In this document: positions 33,206 to 45,163 of the stretch, piece after piece
How positions within the stretch are numbered: the first letter of the stretch is position 1
Layout: each line of letters starts with the position of its first letter
Source: Paraspadella gotoi
Taxonomy: Eukaryota; Animalia; Chaetognatha
Assembly (NCBI GenBank): GCA_051294375.1
Contig: CM119266.1
Span: 7,023,431 to 7,087,430, forward strand
DNA: 64,000 nucleotides
Direction of reading: 5' to 3'
Notes under the pieces: model-generated
What the model was told of the DNA's origin: nothing
Database searches by the model: none
Seen by the model: only the letters and a program-made list of their open reading frames with translations
Made by a program: the position numbers and the translations under genes

Positions 33206-33758
33206 AGCAAGTAGGCGTGGTGTCGACCGAAAAACTCTGCATGTGCCTGATATAGACTTTTTATTAAATTTTTATTTTAGGGAAAAGGTTTTTTTCTATT
33301 TTTTTTTCTGTAAGGTCTGACAATTATTATTATAGTCTATTATTATAATTATTAATTTTAACCGAGTTTGATATTGCGCGGTTATACGTTACGGATGCTA
33401 ATCGTAAGCGATGCTACAATGTTTATTCTTGTCACTGCTCGTTGATATTATGTTTTCAAATTTTGCGGTCGTCGTTGTTTTTGAAAACAATTTTAAAGAT
33501 TTCTTATTTTACACGCGCTGGGTTTTCTTCGTCCCGTTTTGTGAATTGAACGCAACACTTAAATGGCAAGGTGTATTATTACTATTATTATCCTTTTTAG
33601 CTTTTTGATGAAAAAAGTACAGTTATCGCTTTTTATTTTGTATTTACACTCGATTAAAAAAATATTCCTCGCGATTGGATTGACTCTTATACACGTTATT
33701 ATTCCTCTACAGTCTCTATTTCGCATCGGCGGTCGGTCGGTCGGTCGCGAATTTTGAA

Positions 33759-36700
33759 ATGCCACCGGTGGAGTGGAAATGCGGAACAATGACGATGATC
33801 TCCTTTGATTTATTTAAAGACTCATTCAATCAATCAGTCAGCTCGATGCCGCGATGGAAGGTGGCGCTGCTTTTCGGATCTCCACTCGTCTTCCTCGCGG
33901 GTTGTTACTATTATTTCTTGTCGAGGAAAAAAAGGGGTAAGTCACTAGAGAAAAAGAATTACGACTAAATGTATTTGTTAAAGTTTAACTGATTAATATA
34001 ATAATATATATAATATAATAAATATAATAAAAGGGGGGGAAATGGTATTCTTCCCCAGGCCCTGCGGATTTCGTTCCCAGCAAATCCCTCGCCGCCGCCA
34101 TGTCGTCCAAAGAGGTGGGCAATCTCCTCCTCAAAACTGGTCATTCCGACGAGGCCATCGACCTCTATTCCAAGGCCATCTCCGCCTGCCCGTCCGAGGC
34201 CGCCAAAGAGATGGCCAAGATCTTCCAGAATCGCGCCCTCGCTCATCAAATCAACGGGGACTCGGATCTCGTGATCAGGGATTGCGACTCCGCCATCGCT
34301 CTCTATCCCAAGTAATTTTTAACCCTGTCATAGGAAGAGATAATGGAGCAACCATGATGGAAAAAAAACCTGTCGCGGTTTAGAAAAGTCGGTTAATTTC
34401 ATTGTTAAATATATTTTTTGGCCAGTAAATAGGTTTTAATATATATTATGACCTCCCTTTTTCAACAGCATAAAATTATTTTTAATGCATACGAATACTT
34501 CCAAAAGAGGTCGTCTCTAACTGTTTTCACTTATTTTCTATCAAGAGGATTATTCACATTATTGATAATATTATATTTCTGACATGATATTTTTTATCAG
34601 ATTTGGGGGGGAAAATGATCCTTGGCAAGCGGTGAAAAAGATTGATCCCCTTTAAAGTAAACCAGGCTTATGTTATTGCCGTATATTGTGTCTTTCACTT
34701 TAATAAAATATTTGATTTTTTTATTTTTTATCGTCGCAATCGCTTAGCGTTTGCAACGATATTGTAACGCTTTTGCGCATAAGTGGCGTCGTCGTTGTCG
34801 TCGGCGTTCCAAATTATAGATCGCCTTTTTTATGATTAAATTTGGGTGTGTGAAGCTGAAAATTTAAATACAGCTTCTCATCATCGATGTGCTTAAAATT
34901 GAGTCTGGACAGATATTAAATATTAAAAATTCTCTTTGCTAATTCACAACACAACGAATCGAAAGGTTAACATCGAATAATATAATAAAATATTCTGGAG
35001 CATCTACAGCATCAATGTATTTTCAATACAACTTTTTTTAGTCGGATCTGCTTATCAGCAGATCCCGATTCTATGTCACTTTGTCGGTCCGCCCCCTCAA
35101 TATTGTCGGGCACTAACTTATATCATGTCAGAACATCGAATTATGATAAATTATGCAAAAAAAATGATGTCCGTCCGTCCGTCCGTCCGTCCGTCCCACC
35201 TTAGCAAAAAACACCAATTACTCGTGATTGGATGGATGGATTTTAATGAAATTTTGTGTGTGGGTACTGGGTAGGGAAGTGTGTGATTGAGCTGGATATA
35301 AAGTTTCGATGGAATCGTCCAAGTGGAAATGAGTTTAAATGGAAAAAACAAAAAAATATAATTCACTATTTGAACACCAATTGCTCATGAGTGGATGGGG
35401 CGATTGACCTGAAATTTTGTATGTGAGTAGGAAAGTGTGTGATTGAACAGGAAACCAAGTTTCGATGGAATCGTTTGAGTGGAAATGAGTTTAAATGGAA
35501 AAAAACAAAAAAACCTGTTTCACTAATTGATTATGATTTTTTTTCCTTTTATATTAAATGTATATGCAGGATGTATTATTAAATCAAATAATTAATCAGT
35601 TAATTAATCAATTAGTCAATTAATTAATCACTAATTAATTAATCAGTCAATCCATCCATCCGTCCCACCTTAACAAAAAGCCCCAATAACTCGTGATTGG
35701 CTGGTTGGATCGGAATGAAATTTTGTGTATGGGTAGGAACATGCTGGATATAAAGTTTCGACGGAATCGTGTGAGTGGATATGAGTTTAAATGGAAAAAA
35801 CATAAATCGCATTTACTAATTTTTTTTTACTTATTTTAACCAATAAATACTCTAATTAATAATAATTGGATGGATAGATTGAGTTAAAATTTTGTGTGTG
35901 GGTAAGAAAATGTGTGACGAAGCTTGATATAAAGTTTCGGTACGAGTGGAAATGAGTTAACCCATAATAGATTGAGATGAAATTTTGTGAGCGGGAAGGA
36001 AAGTTTGTGAAGAAGCTAGATATAAAGTTTTGACGGAATTGTGCCAGTGGAAATGAGTTTAAATGGAAAAAAATAAAAGTCACATTTGTTAGAGGGTGAT
36101 TGTTGTGGGCGATGCCGGCGGGCGCCGGCCGGGCTTGAGAAGCACGAGACCCTCTAACGTATGAACCACAATGTCAGGTAACCACACGGCGGCACGGTCG
36201 ACCACAAGGTCGCCCACAGTATAGGATCTGCGAATATGAATACACAAGAGAACGGGGACGCCAACCAGATTAGGACTCGCACTCAAACACGTACTTTCTA
36301 TTATAATAAACACGATGCTTACAGAACTGAAAGGGAACAGTGAATATCAATGAATATAAATGATGATATGAATATCACATGTCGGAAAGTTCAGAGTCTT
36401 TGGAGATTCCTCTTCACGATTCCGTCTCCATCACATTTACTTTATTTTAAGGACATCGATGATGATAAGCTGTATATAAATTTATAATTAATTATTAAAT
36501 ATTAAAATTAATTAATTAATCAATTAATTAATTAATTTTCGTAGGTAGATCCGACATTGTTTGCTCAAACTTGTTTATTAACATATGAATTAAGTTTAAT
36601 CGCTGAATCAATCCTAATGGAGATGATGCAATAACCATTTGACATGAGACTGAGAAAAGGTAAGGATTTTTAATAGTAACGGTTTATTTCAAAAAGTTTA

Positions 36701-38650
36701 CTTTACAATAAAAAAACCGGAAATTAGTATAAATGAAAAATGTAAAAATGAAAAAGATATGGCAACAGCCGGGTTGCCTGTGATGCCCATTGGGATTGGG
36801 CATCTCACTGTTGGCTTTGGGGGCTTCCGACCCTCAGTGACGCCTCCAGTCACTGGCGCGGTTACCCTAGGACGGTCTCGCTATGCCAACGCAGAGGGAA
36901 GTCGTTAGGACTGTGGATGGAACACTACGCCTGGGATGGTGTGTTTCCCCTCTGAGCCAATGGATTTGGCTGTAGGATGGTGGACGTGAGGCGGTGTGAA
37001 TATACCGCCACAACGAAGCATTTTTTTGGACAACTAATTTTTTTTTGCATGAAACTCTTTTATTTTTTGTCGTACCTAAATGAGACACAGCTCATATGAA
37101 TCACAAGAGGCTAAAGTTTCTTGATATCTAAATTTTATTTTTCTAATTTTTAAAATGCCTAAAAATAGCTGGAAAGTAACCGCGACAGTTAAATTTTCCA
37201 TCATGGTAATTTATAACAATTTGTACATTATGCCGTTGTTTATCTAGCGATTCCGTCTTTGATTCATTAATTTCTTCGTACCTTCTTTCCAGATATGCCA
37301 AAGCCCTCGTCCGCCGATCCAAAGCCCGCGAAGACTCCGGCGACCTCCTCGGCGCCATCGACGACTTGATGGCCGCCAACTTTCTCGAGGAGTTTGGCCG
37401 CGCCGAGAATACGGCTGACTCGGAGGCACTCTTGAAAATGTACGGAACACGCCAGGCGGCGGCTCTGTACTCTGCGCCGCGGCCGGGATCTCTCCCGTCG
37501 CCCCACGCTGTCCGCACTTATTTCGCTGCCTTCGTGCGCGACCCTATCTACGGTCCTTCCTTCCGCGCCAAAGGCGACGCGGATTCACCCTTTCTCCGCG
37601 CGAGACGCAACGTCCTCGCCTGCATAGATTTCGAATCGGTGGTGCCGCTTTGCGACGACTCCATCAGCGACCCTAACGGCGACCCCCACCGCCGCGAGGC
37701 GATGCTGCTGAAAGCCACATTCCTGCTCCTCTGCGGCCGATGTCGACGAGCTCTGGAGGCTTTGGATCGTCTTCTTTCTGAGCGCGATCATCCGAACGAC
37801 CCTCTGCCGACGGAACTGCTCGTCAACGCCCTCGTCAAACGGGGCAGCCTCGTCCTGCAGCTCAACGATTCCGTGGCCGCTGAGACGGACTTTGCGGCGG
37901 CGGAACGGGCGGACCCCGATAATCCCGACGTGTATCACCACCGAGGGCAGATGTTTCTGCTGCTTGAGCGAACGGCCGATGCGAACAAGGACTTTGAACG
38001 ATGCCTCGACCTCGAACCAGAATTCGACTTTGCAAACTTTCACGCCGCCTTCGCGAGCTATCGCCACGAGATGGCGCAACTTAGCGCAGATGTCGGCGAA
38101 GAGGAGCAGCGCCAATGCGCGCTCGACGCCGCCGAGCGTTTCCGCCCTCTGGTGTCCCGCTTCCAAGAATGCGCTGAAGGATGGGCGCTCTTCGCGCAGA
38201 TCCTCCTCGATGCGAATTGTTATGCCGAAGCCGAAACTATGTTTCGTCGGGCGTTGGAGGTAAAGATTCGGTTAAAAATTAAAAAAAAAAAAATTAATAT
38301 ATTTCCTTTCTTTGTCTCAGATCGAACCCGACAACGGGATAGTACAGGTTCACCTGAGTCTCTGCTGCCTCCAATCGAAGCAGGAAACCTCTGCTTTTGA
38401 AAATCACTCCGACGTTTGCGTGGAGATGGTCGAAGCCGCTCTCAAGATCGACCCTCGCTGCGGCCTCGCCCACGAGACGCTGGGCGTGCTGGAGACGCAG
38501 CGGGGTCGACTCGACGCGGCGGCGGCGCATTTCGCCCGAGCGCTGGAGTTGGCTAAGACGGAGCGAGAGACGGCGCACCTCATCACGTTGGACGAAGCGG
38601 CAAAGGCACAGAAGAGAGTGGTTGAGATGCTCGGGATCCTAATGAAGTGA
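33759..38650 (+). CDS. TOMM70: Mitochondrial import receptor TOM70 (signal-anchor + TPR); exons 33759-33936, 34059-34311, 37293-38259, 38321-38650
   Basis: PRWKVALLFGSPLVFLAG anchor, KEVGN..EAIDLYSKAI, YAKALVRR, LPSPHAVRTYFAAF, NPDVYHHRGQ, ALKIDPRCGLAHETLGVLETQRG. Exact start ATG uncertain. Confidence 0.9.
34730..35035 (+). mobile_element. Truncated Helentron/DINE-1-like non-autonomous element (5' part)
   Basis: Inserted after a T-run; 5' palindrome ATCGTCGCAA..TTGCAACGAT followed by (GTC)n microsatellite; the same 5' motif recurs at ~22198-22219. Confidence 0.45.
35041..36575 (+). mobile_element. Helentron-associated (DINE-1/HINE-like) element with internal tandem units
   Basis: 5' GTCGGATCTGC..GCAGATCC palindrome after a T-run, (GTCC)n microsatellite, degenerate ~100-200 bp tandem units (AAAGTTTCGATGGAATCG..GGAAATGAGTTTAAATGG), 3' subterminal AGATCCGAC at 36547-36555 followed by a small hairpin. 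Confidence 0.7.
36087..36433 (-). mobile_element. Solo LTR (347 bp) with CATT target-site duplication
   Basis: CATT|TGTTAGAG...CTCCATCA|CATT; homologous to 90-327. Confidence 0.8.
36758..37004 (+). repeat. ~245-nt structured dispersed element, copy 2 (TOMM70 intron 2)
   Basis: Inverted match to 5646-5892; multiple hairpins. Confidence 0.85.
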
Positions 38651-39048
38651 AACTGGGCTGTCGGGTCTCATGCCGCGCCACGTTCTTCCTTGATTACTAC
38701 AGAAACCTAATTTTGGCTAATTTTTTCTTTATTCTACATAGTAGTTTTATCTGTGATCTCGTCTTCTACTTATTTGTTTTCGTCTATAGTCAAGACTGCG
38801 ATGGTTGTTGTTTTTTTTATTCCGACGAGTGTCGCCTTTTTATCTAGAATCTCGATTCAAAACTTTTTACATTATAGAAAAAAAAATATTTACTTGGATT
38901 TATTGTTTCATATATACTAGTTGTTTGTGTCGGATTTAATGATAACTCTTGATTGCGATCTCTATTTTTATTGACGGAATTTTAATGTTTTTTTATTTTT
39001 ATTCTCCGCCTCCTTCGAAGCAGAACCTCAGAACATCCCGACGTCTCG

Positions 39049-39756
39049 ATGCCGATTTTCGATTACGGTTATCCTCGATCCCGGTCTCGGTCTCCCGTCA
39101 ATCCCGGCGCGATGCTCAAGTGCTTCAAGTGCACGCGACCGGGCCACTTTGCCAAGGATTGCACGGACGACCTTCTGTGCTACTCCTGCGGCGGCACGGG
39201 CCACATTTCCCGCGACTGCACCGACAAGGTCAATGGGCCCAAGTGTTACAGCTGCCAGCAGATCGGGCACATAGCCAAAGACTGTCCCTCGCTCATCGCG
39301 CAAGGCATGGTGGCTTCCGGGATCATCGGACCTGGAGGGGTCAGTTCCTCGGCAATGGGGCCGGGCGGCGGATCCGGCGGCGGTAGCGGCTCCGGATCCG
39401 GCGGCGGCGTCATGGGTCATCATCATCCCGGCATGGGTCCTCATCCCATGATGGGCATGAACGGATACATGGGCCCTGGAGGTCCCATGGAAAGAGGCTT
39501 CTACCGCGGAGGAAGGGGCGGCGGACCCGGCCGGATGGGCATCGTGTGCCACCAGTGCGGCGGCATGGGCCACTTGGCGCGCGACTGTCCCACGGAGGTC
39601 AAATGCTTCAAATGCCAAGGAATGGGACATTTGGCGAGGGTCTGCCCCACGACCGCCAATGCGCAGGATTCGCGGGCGGGGAATTGCTTCAAGTGCAACG
39701 AAAAGGGCCACTTTGCCAGGGATTGTAAAGTAGGAAGCGTCGCCACGCAGGAGTGA
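39049..39756 (+). CDS. CNBP/GIS2-like CCHC zinc-knuckle protein (6 knuckles, central Gly/Met/RGG linker), intronless
   Basis: Six CX2CX4HX4C motifs (e.g. CFKCTRPGHFAKDC, CFKCNEKGHFARDC) and RGGRGG. Confidence 0.88.
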   Translation: MPIFDYGYPRSRSRSPVNPGAMLKCFKCTRPGHFAKDCTDDLLCYSCGGTGHISRDCTDKVNGPKCYSCQQIGHIAKDCPSLIAQGMVASGIIGPGGVSSSAMGPGGGSGGGSGSGSGGGVMGHHHPGMGPHPMMGMNGYMGPGGPMERGFYRGGRGGGPGRMGIVCHQCGGMGHLARDCPTEVKCFKCQGMGHLARVCPTTANAQDSRAGNCFKCNEKGHFARDCKVGSVATQE

Positions 39757-40171
39757 AAAAAAAATATTTCGTCATTGTAACTAACTTTTAACATTAAAAA
39801 AAACCACAACAAAAACCTTTTTTAAAAAAAAAATTACCTATTGGTTAATCCATTTATATAAACGATCGATTATCACGATAAGCTTTTTTTGTAGACGCGC
39901 ACTGTGTATAAACGTTGTCTATCATTTCAGTTCCAGTATCCCCGTGCTCGTTGTTTTTGAGTTTTTTTTTTGGCATCACTTCTTTTTGGTTTCGAATTTC
40001 GTATATATATATATAAGTCGTTCATCGAATAAACAAAACCTTACGTCATTCATATGTACCTTATCTCCATCATTAGATCACAAAATAGATTAGAGCAGAC
40101 GTCAATTCGAGAAAGGGAGAGAAATGGCACATTTAGAACGTTAAAGCGGCGTCTTTTGCTTCCGCGGCGCC

Positions 40172-41728
40172 ATGGCCTCAGTCAACGACGACGACGATTC
40201 TGCCCCGTCGACGACTTTGAAGTTATCCACGCCCTTATTTGGCAGCGCCCGATTGGGACTCACGATATGGGGCCTTTTGGGCTTCCTAAACATGTACGCC
40301 CTCCGCGTCAATCTCTCCGTGGCCCTCGTCTCTATGGTCAACTCCAGCGCGAGCCACGAAGGCGATAACCCCAGCGGCGACTCCAACGGCACCTGCCCCT
40401 TTGCCACGAATGAGTCTTCCCCATCATTGTCGCCCGGCGGCGAATTCGACTGGGATCCTCAGACTCGATCCACGATCCTCGCTTCCTTCTTCTACGGTTA
40501 CATCTTCACGCAGATCCCGGGCGGAATCTTGGCCAAGCGATTCGGCGGGAAGGTACTCTTCGGGTATGGCGCCCTCTGCACGGCCATCTTTACGCTGTTG
40601 ACGCCGCTGGCGGCGCGGACATCGTGGAAGCTGCTCGTCGCCGTCCGCGTCATCGAGGGCCTCGGAGAGGGCGTCACCTTTCCCGCGATGAATACCCTCT
40701 TCGGTCGATGGGCGCCCCCGTCGGAACGGTCCCGCCTCTCGAGCATCGCCTACAGCGGGCCGCAGCTTGGCACGATCCTTTCCCTTCCTCTCAGCGCGGT
40801 CCTGTGCGACTACGTGTCCTGGGATTCTGTGTTCTACATCCACGGCGCCGTTGCGGTGCTATGGTTTTTCCTTTGGATGCACTTCGCCGCGGACTCCCCT
40901 TCCCAATCTCGTCGCATCTCCCCGCGCGAACGCGACTTCATCGTCGAGTCTCTCGCCGGCGAGGGAGGCTCGCTGGTCCCGCGCCGGACTCCCTGGGCAG
41001 ACATTTGGCGGTCGCCGCGCGTCTGGGCGATCATCGTCGCCCACACGTGCAACAACTGGTCCTTTTACACGCTGCTCACAGAGACTCCTTCCTACCTTAG
41101 CGACGTTCTCCACTTTGACATCAAGCGCAACGGACTCGTCTCCGCTTTGCCCTATGGTTTCCAGTGGATCGTCATCATCGTCACGGGTTTCGCTGCGGAT
41201 CGCCTCCGCGCGGGTCTTCTCTCAACGACGACCGTGCGCAAGTTCATGTCCTTTTCTGCCTTCTCCCTCATCTGCGCGTGCCTTCTCGGTTTAGCCTTCG
41301 TCGAGTGCAACGCCTCGATCGCCGTCGCTCTCCTCGTCGGCGCCACGGGCTTCGGCGGTCTCAGCTTCTCAGGGTACAGCGTAAACCACCTGGACATCGC
41401 CCCCGAATACGCGGGAATCCTTATGGGAATCACTAACTGCTTCGCCACGATTCCTGGGTTCGCAGGGCCGAGCGTCGTCGGCCTCTTCACCTCGCCCGAG
41501 CCCACTCTAGTCGGATGGCAAAAGGTATTCTTCGTCGGAGCCGCAGTCAGCGCCTTCGGGGGCGTCACCTACACGCTTCTGGCCTCGGGGAAGGTGCAGC
41601 CTTGGGCGTCGTCAAGTCTCGGTCGCAGAGGCAGGGGCAGTGGAAGTGGTGAAGACAGCGGCGAAAGTGACGACGAGATCGAACGGCGCCGGCTGCTGGA
41701 CGGCCGGGATGAGATTGAACCCTCTTGA
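40172..41728 (+). CDS. SLC17/sialin-like MFS anion transporter, paralog 1 (intronless)
   Basis: YALRVNLSVALV, FFYGYIFTQIPGG, RVIEGLGEGVTFPAM, WAPPSERS, NHLDIAP, SGKVQPW. Confidence 0.93.
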   Translation: MASVNDDDDSAPSTTLKLSTPLFGSARLGLTIWGLLGFLNMYALRVNLSVALVSMVNSSASHEGDNPSGDSNGTCPFATNESSPSLSPGGEFDWDPQTRSTILASFFYGYIFTQIPGGILAKRFGGKVLFGYGALCTAIFTLLTPLAARTSWKLLVAVRVIEGLGEGVTFPAMNTLFGRWAPPSERSRLSSIAYSGPQLGTILSLPLSAVLCDYVSWDSVFYIHGAVAVLWFFLWMHFAADSPSQSRRISPRERDFIVESLAGEGGSLVPRRTPWADIWRSPRVWAIIVAHTCNNWSFYTLLTETPSYLSDVLHFDIKRNGLVSALPYGFQWIVIIVTGFAADRLRAGLLSTTTVRKFMSFSAFSLICACLLGLAFVECNASIAVALLVGATGFGGLSFSGYSVNHLDIAPEYAGILMGITNCFATIPGFAGPSVVGLFTSPEPTLVGWQKVFFVGAAVSAFGGVTYTLLASGKVQPWASSSLGRRGRGSGSGEDSGESDDEIERRRLLDGRDEIEPS

Positions 41729-42196
41729 TGTTTTTGGCTAAAGGCTTTTTTTTCTTTTTTTAATTAAACATAATTAAATAATAAATGCGAAACGGGTATT
41801 TTATTCATAAAATACGATAGGAATCACAGTTTGGTCATCGCTACAAAAGGAATCTCAGAAGAAAAGCTTTAGTGAACATCAAGGTTTTTTTTCTCAAGTA
41901 AAGCGATTAAAATAGTAGGCAAAACCTTTTATGCCTAGCAAAATCAAATCGATTGCGACTTAACTGTGTTTGTTAGTGTGGAAAAGAAATGTTTGTGGAG
42001 TTCCGCATTGGATGTCAAATTGTCCATTGCTCGTTTAAAAATTAACCGCATTATTCGTTGTACGGTATTGTGGCAAATTCACAGATTTGCATTTAAGCTA
42101 TACATATTTTTTTAAACCAATTTTATTTATTTTATATGACCATACCTTTCTTTTAAGAATAATAAATTCACGACCAGTAAAAACTTAAAACTAAAA

Positions 42197-43717
42197 ATGA
42201 CCGAAAGTTCTCAAGGTGAGCGACATGAACTCATTTCTTCGAAATCAGTATCACCGACTCCGCTGATATTCAGCGCTCGCCTCTCTCTTGCGATATGGAG
42301 CCTCGTGGGAATGATGAACATTTACATCCTCAGGGTCAATCTCTCTGTTGCGCTGGTCGCAATGGTCGGCTCCAAGCGCAACTCTTCTACAAGTTTCAGT
42401 GATGCTTGTCCGCCCGACTCAAACTCAAGTCGTACTTCCATGGATATCCATTATGGAGAATTCAACTGGACTCCGAGCACTAGGTCCACCATTTTGGCCG
42501 CATTTTTCTACGGATACGCTTTCACTCAAATCCCCGGTAGCCTCTTGGCGAAAAAATTTCGCGGGAAAAAAATATTTGGCTATGGTGTTCTTTCAACAGC
42601 GATTTTGACTCTCTTCACACCTTTGGCCGCTCGTACGTCTTGGAAACACTTGGTGGCTCTACGCGTACTGGAGGGAGTTTGTGAAGGCGTTACATTCGCC
42701 TCATTAATGTCCTTGTTGGGTCACTGGGCTCCTCCTTTGGAACGATCTCGCTTAACATCCATCGCTCTAAGTGGTCAGCAAATTGGCGTTATTGTCGGCA
42801 TGCCACTCACCGGCCTATTGTGTTCTCAAGCGTCCTGGGAATGGGCATTTTACGTCAGCAGTCTCTTGGCAATTTTGTGGTTCTACTTTTGGATGTTTTT
42901 GGCATCTGATGATCCCCAAAAAAGTTCCAGAATATCATCTGATGAAAAGGAATACATTATTTCATCATTAAATCGAGAGGGAGGGTTCTCGGAAGACTCC
43001 ACAGTCCCCTGGTATCATATCTGGAGTTCCCCATGCGTTTGGGTCCTTATTATTGGGCATTTTTGCCATGCCTGGTCGTTCTACATTCTTGTCACGGAAG
43101 GGCCGACATTTTTGCACGACATGCTGCATTTTCACATTGCCTATAACGGTCTTCTTTCCGCATTACCCTATGTTGCAGAGTTGGTTGTTAGTATCGTTTA
43201 CAATATTTTTGCCGATTGGCTTATATTACGTTGCTTTACAACAACGACAGTAAGGAAGCTGTCGGGCTTAACCGGCTTCGGACTGATTTCTTGCTGCCTC
43301 ATCGGTCTCGCTTTGGTCAGATGCGACAGAGTTCTGGCCGTTCCACTCTTAGTGGGCGCCGTTGCCTTCGGCGGAATCAATTACTCGGCCATTCACGTTA
43401 ATCACCTCGATCTCTCCCCCAAATATGTTGGAATTATTTTTGGCATCTCCAACACGTTCGCGACGATCTCCGGAATCGCGGGTCCAAGTCTCGTCGGTCT
43501 GTTCACTTCCCCCAAGCCCACTTTATCCGGTTGGCGGTCCGTCTTTTTCATCGGCGCCGCCGTCGCCGCCTTCGGTGGACTTTTCTTTTCGATCTTTTCG
43601 TCCGGAGAAGTTCAGCCCTGGGCGAAGGATTCTTCTGATTTCTCTGTCACCGGTTGTGATATCTCAACGAATAAGGAGAAGCGACCCTTGTTAGAGACGC
43701 TACCTTCTTCGAAATAA
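42197..43717 (+). CDS. SLC17/sialin-like MFS anion transporter, paralog 2 (intronless)
   Basis: LRVNLSVALV, FFYGYAFTQIPG, WAPPLERSRL, NHLDLSP, SGEVQPWA. Confidence 0.92.
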   Translation: MTESSQGERHELISSKSVSPTPLIFSARLSLAIWSLVGMMNIYILRVNLSVALVAMVGSKRNSSTSFSDACPPDSNSSRTSMDIHYGEFNWTPSTRSTILAAFFYGYAFTQIPGSLLAKKFRGKKIFGYGVLSTAILTLFTPLAARTSWKHLVALRVLEGVCEGVTFASLMSLLGHWAPPLERSRLTSIALSGQQIGVIVGMPLTGLLCSQASWEWAFYVSSLLAILWFYFWMFLASDDPQKSSRISSDEKEYIISSLNREGGFSEDSTVPWYHIWSSPCVWVLIIGHFCHAWSFYILVTEGPTFLHDMLHFHIAYNGLLSALPYVAELVVSIVYNIFADWLILRCFTTTTVRKLSGLTGFGLISCCLIGLALVRCDRVLAVPLLVGAVAFGGINYSAIHVNHLDLSPKYVGIIFGISNTFATISGIAGPSLVGLFTSPKPTLSGWRSVFFIGAAVAAFGGLFFSIFSSGEVQPWAKDSSDFSVTGCDISTNKEKRPLLETLPSSK

Positions 43718-44030
43718 TGATAATAATGACCGCATTTGATATGTACTTAATAAATTAAGTATTACTTCATTATATTTTTATAGTAGTTTAGTGGATAACA
43801 CAACAGTGCCTTTTTTAAACGGAGATTTGATCAGTTTTTCTTATGATGCATAACATTCCATTTATATTGCGATGGCCTTTCGTAATAAAAATGTTTAATT
43901 GAATATAAAAAAATTATATTAAATTTTTGTCGGCGTCTGGGTTTCCTTTTGAAACCATTTTACGTATTTTTCTTATTTTCTATGAAACTTTTGTCTTGCC
44001 ATAATGAGGGCTATCGCTCCTTACTCCTTA

Positions 44031-44850
44031 GACTTAGTAGGGTGGAGTGATGAAAATATTGATGGAACAATGTTTTTTTGCTCCTTTTGTATATGTAATA
44101 AAAATATTTAAATTTTTTTTTTTAATTTGTATAATAGTATCATAAATTAAATTTTTTTATAATAATATCCTTTAGAGATAAAACGAAAAATCGTTGGAAT
44201 AGCAATTTTTATTTATATTATTGAACATGTTTCGACTCTTAGTGGTACGAGTCTTCATCTGCTGATGAAGACTCATACCACTAAGAGTCGAAACATGTTC
44301 AATAATAATAATAAAAATTGCTATTCCAACGATTTTTCGCTTCATCTCTAAACTATTTTAAATAGCAAAAAAAAAAGTCAAAATACAATAATATCCTTAT
44401 AAAAGCATAAAATTTTTAAATCATAATTTTTTTTAATTTTAAGAACTGAAAAAACTTTTGTAAAAGGTTTCATTATATTTTTAGGTTAAAGCTGCAAAAA
44501 CTGATTGAAATGTTTTATCATATAATAGTTTTTATTACAGAGCGTTTAAAAGTTAAAAATTTTGATCTTTTTTTCTATTTTTAATGCTGAAGATATTAAA
44601 ATTTTTAATAAAATATTTTATATAACTTTTTATAAAAAATCAGAATCTTTAATTAAAATTTATAAAAAAATATTTTGAAAATTTATTATTTTATAAGGAT
44701 ATTACGATAAATATATTGTAATTAATGATACTGTTCCCAAAACAATATAAACAAAATATTTTTTGTACTCCTTAATCATACTCCTTAATAATATCCTTGT
44801 TTGTTCACATAAATAAAATTTATGTTCCCCAGTGCTCCACTCTATTAGTC
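44031..44850. mobile_element. AT-rich MITE/foldback element between SLC17 paralogs 2 and 3
   Basis: Imperfect inverted termini GACTTAGTAGGGTGGAG / CTCCACTCTATTAGTC and inner inverted arms (AATATCCTTATAAAA / TTTTATAAGGATATT). Confidence 0.55.
44171..44398. mobile_element. Penelope-like pseudo-LTR fragment as a ~180-bp head-to-head palindrome carrying a minimal hammerhead core
   Basis: Near-perfect palindrome 44171-44352; CTGATGA-AGACTC..GAGTC-GAAAC-ATGTTC at 44262-44300; AATAATATCCTT duplicated at 44161-44172 and 44387-44398. Confidence 0.75.
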
Positions 44851-45163
44851 AGGTCATACATTCTTCTTTTCCTTTATTTCTGATCTGGGTTCTTTTAAAT
44901 CAACTTTTTTCATTTTCAATTAAAAGGCTTTTGCTAATTTCAAAAGTATATCTCGTATGCATTTTTATACGATTTTTTATACTTTTTATTATTTAGATTT
45001 TGTTTTTACTAATTTTAAATTATTGCTGGTAATTGGAACTTAATTGTTAAATTTGCAGCTAATAAAGAATTTAGTGTTTTTATGTCTTTAATTAAAATGA
45101 AAACTATTTGCTCAAAAGTAAAGTTACACCTTTTCAAGGATGAGATAACAACTGAGTAGAAAA

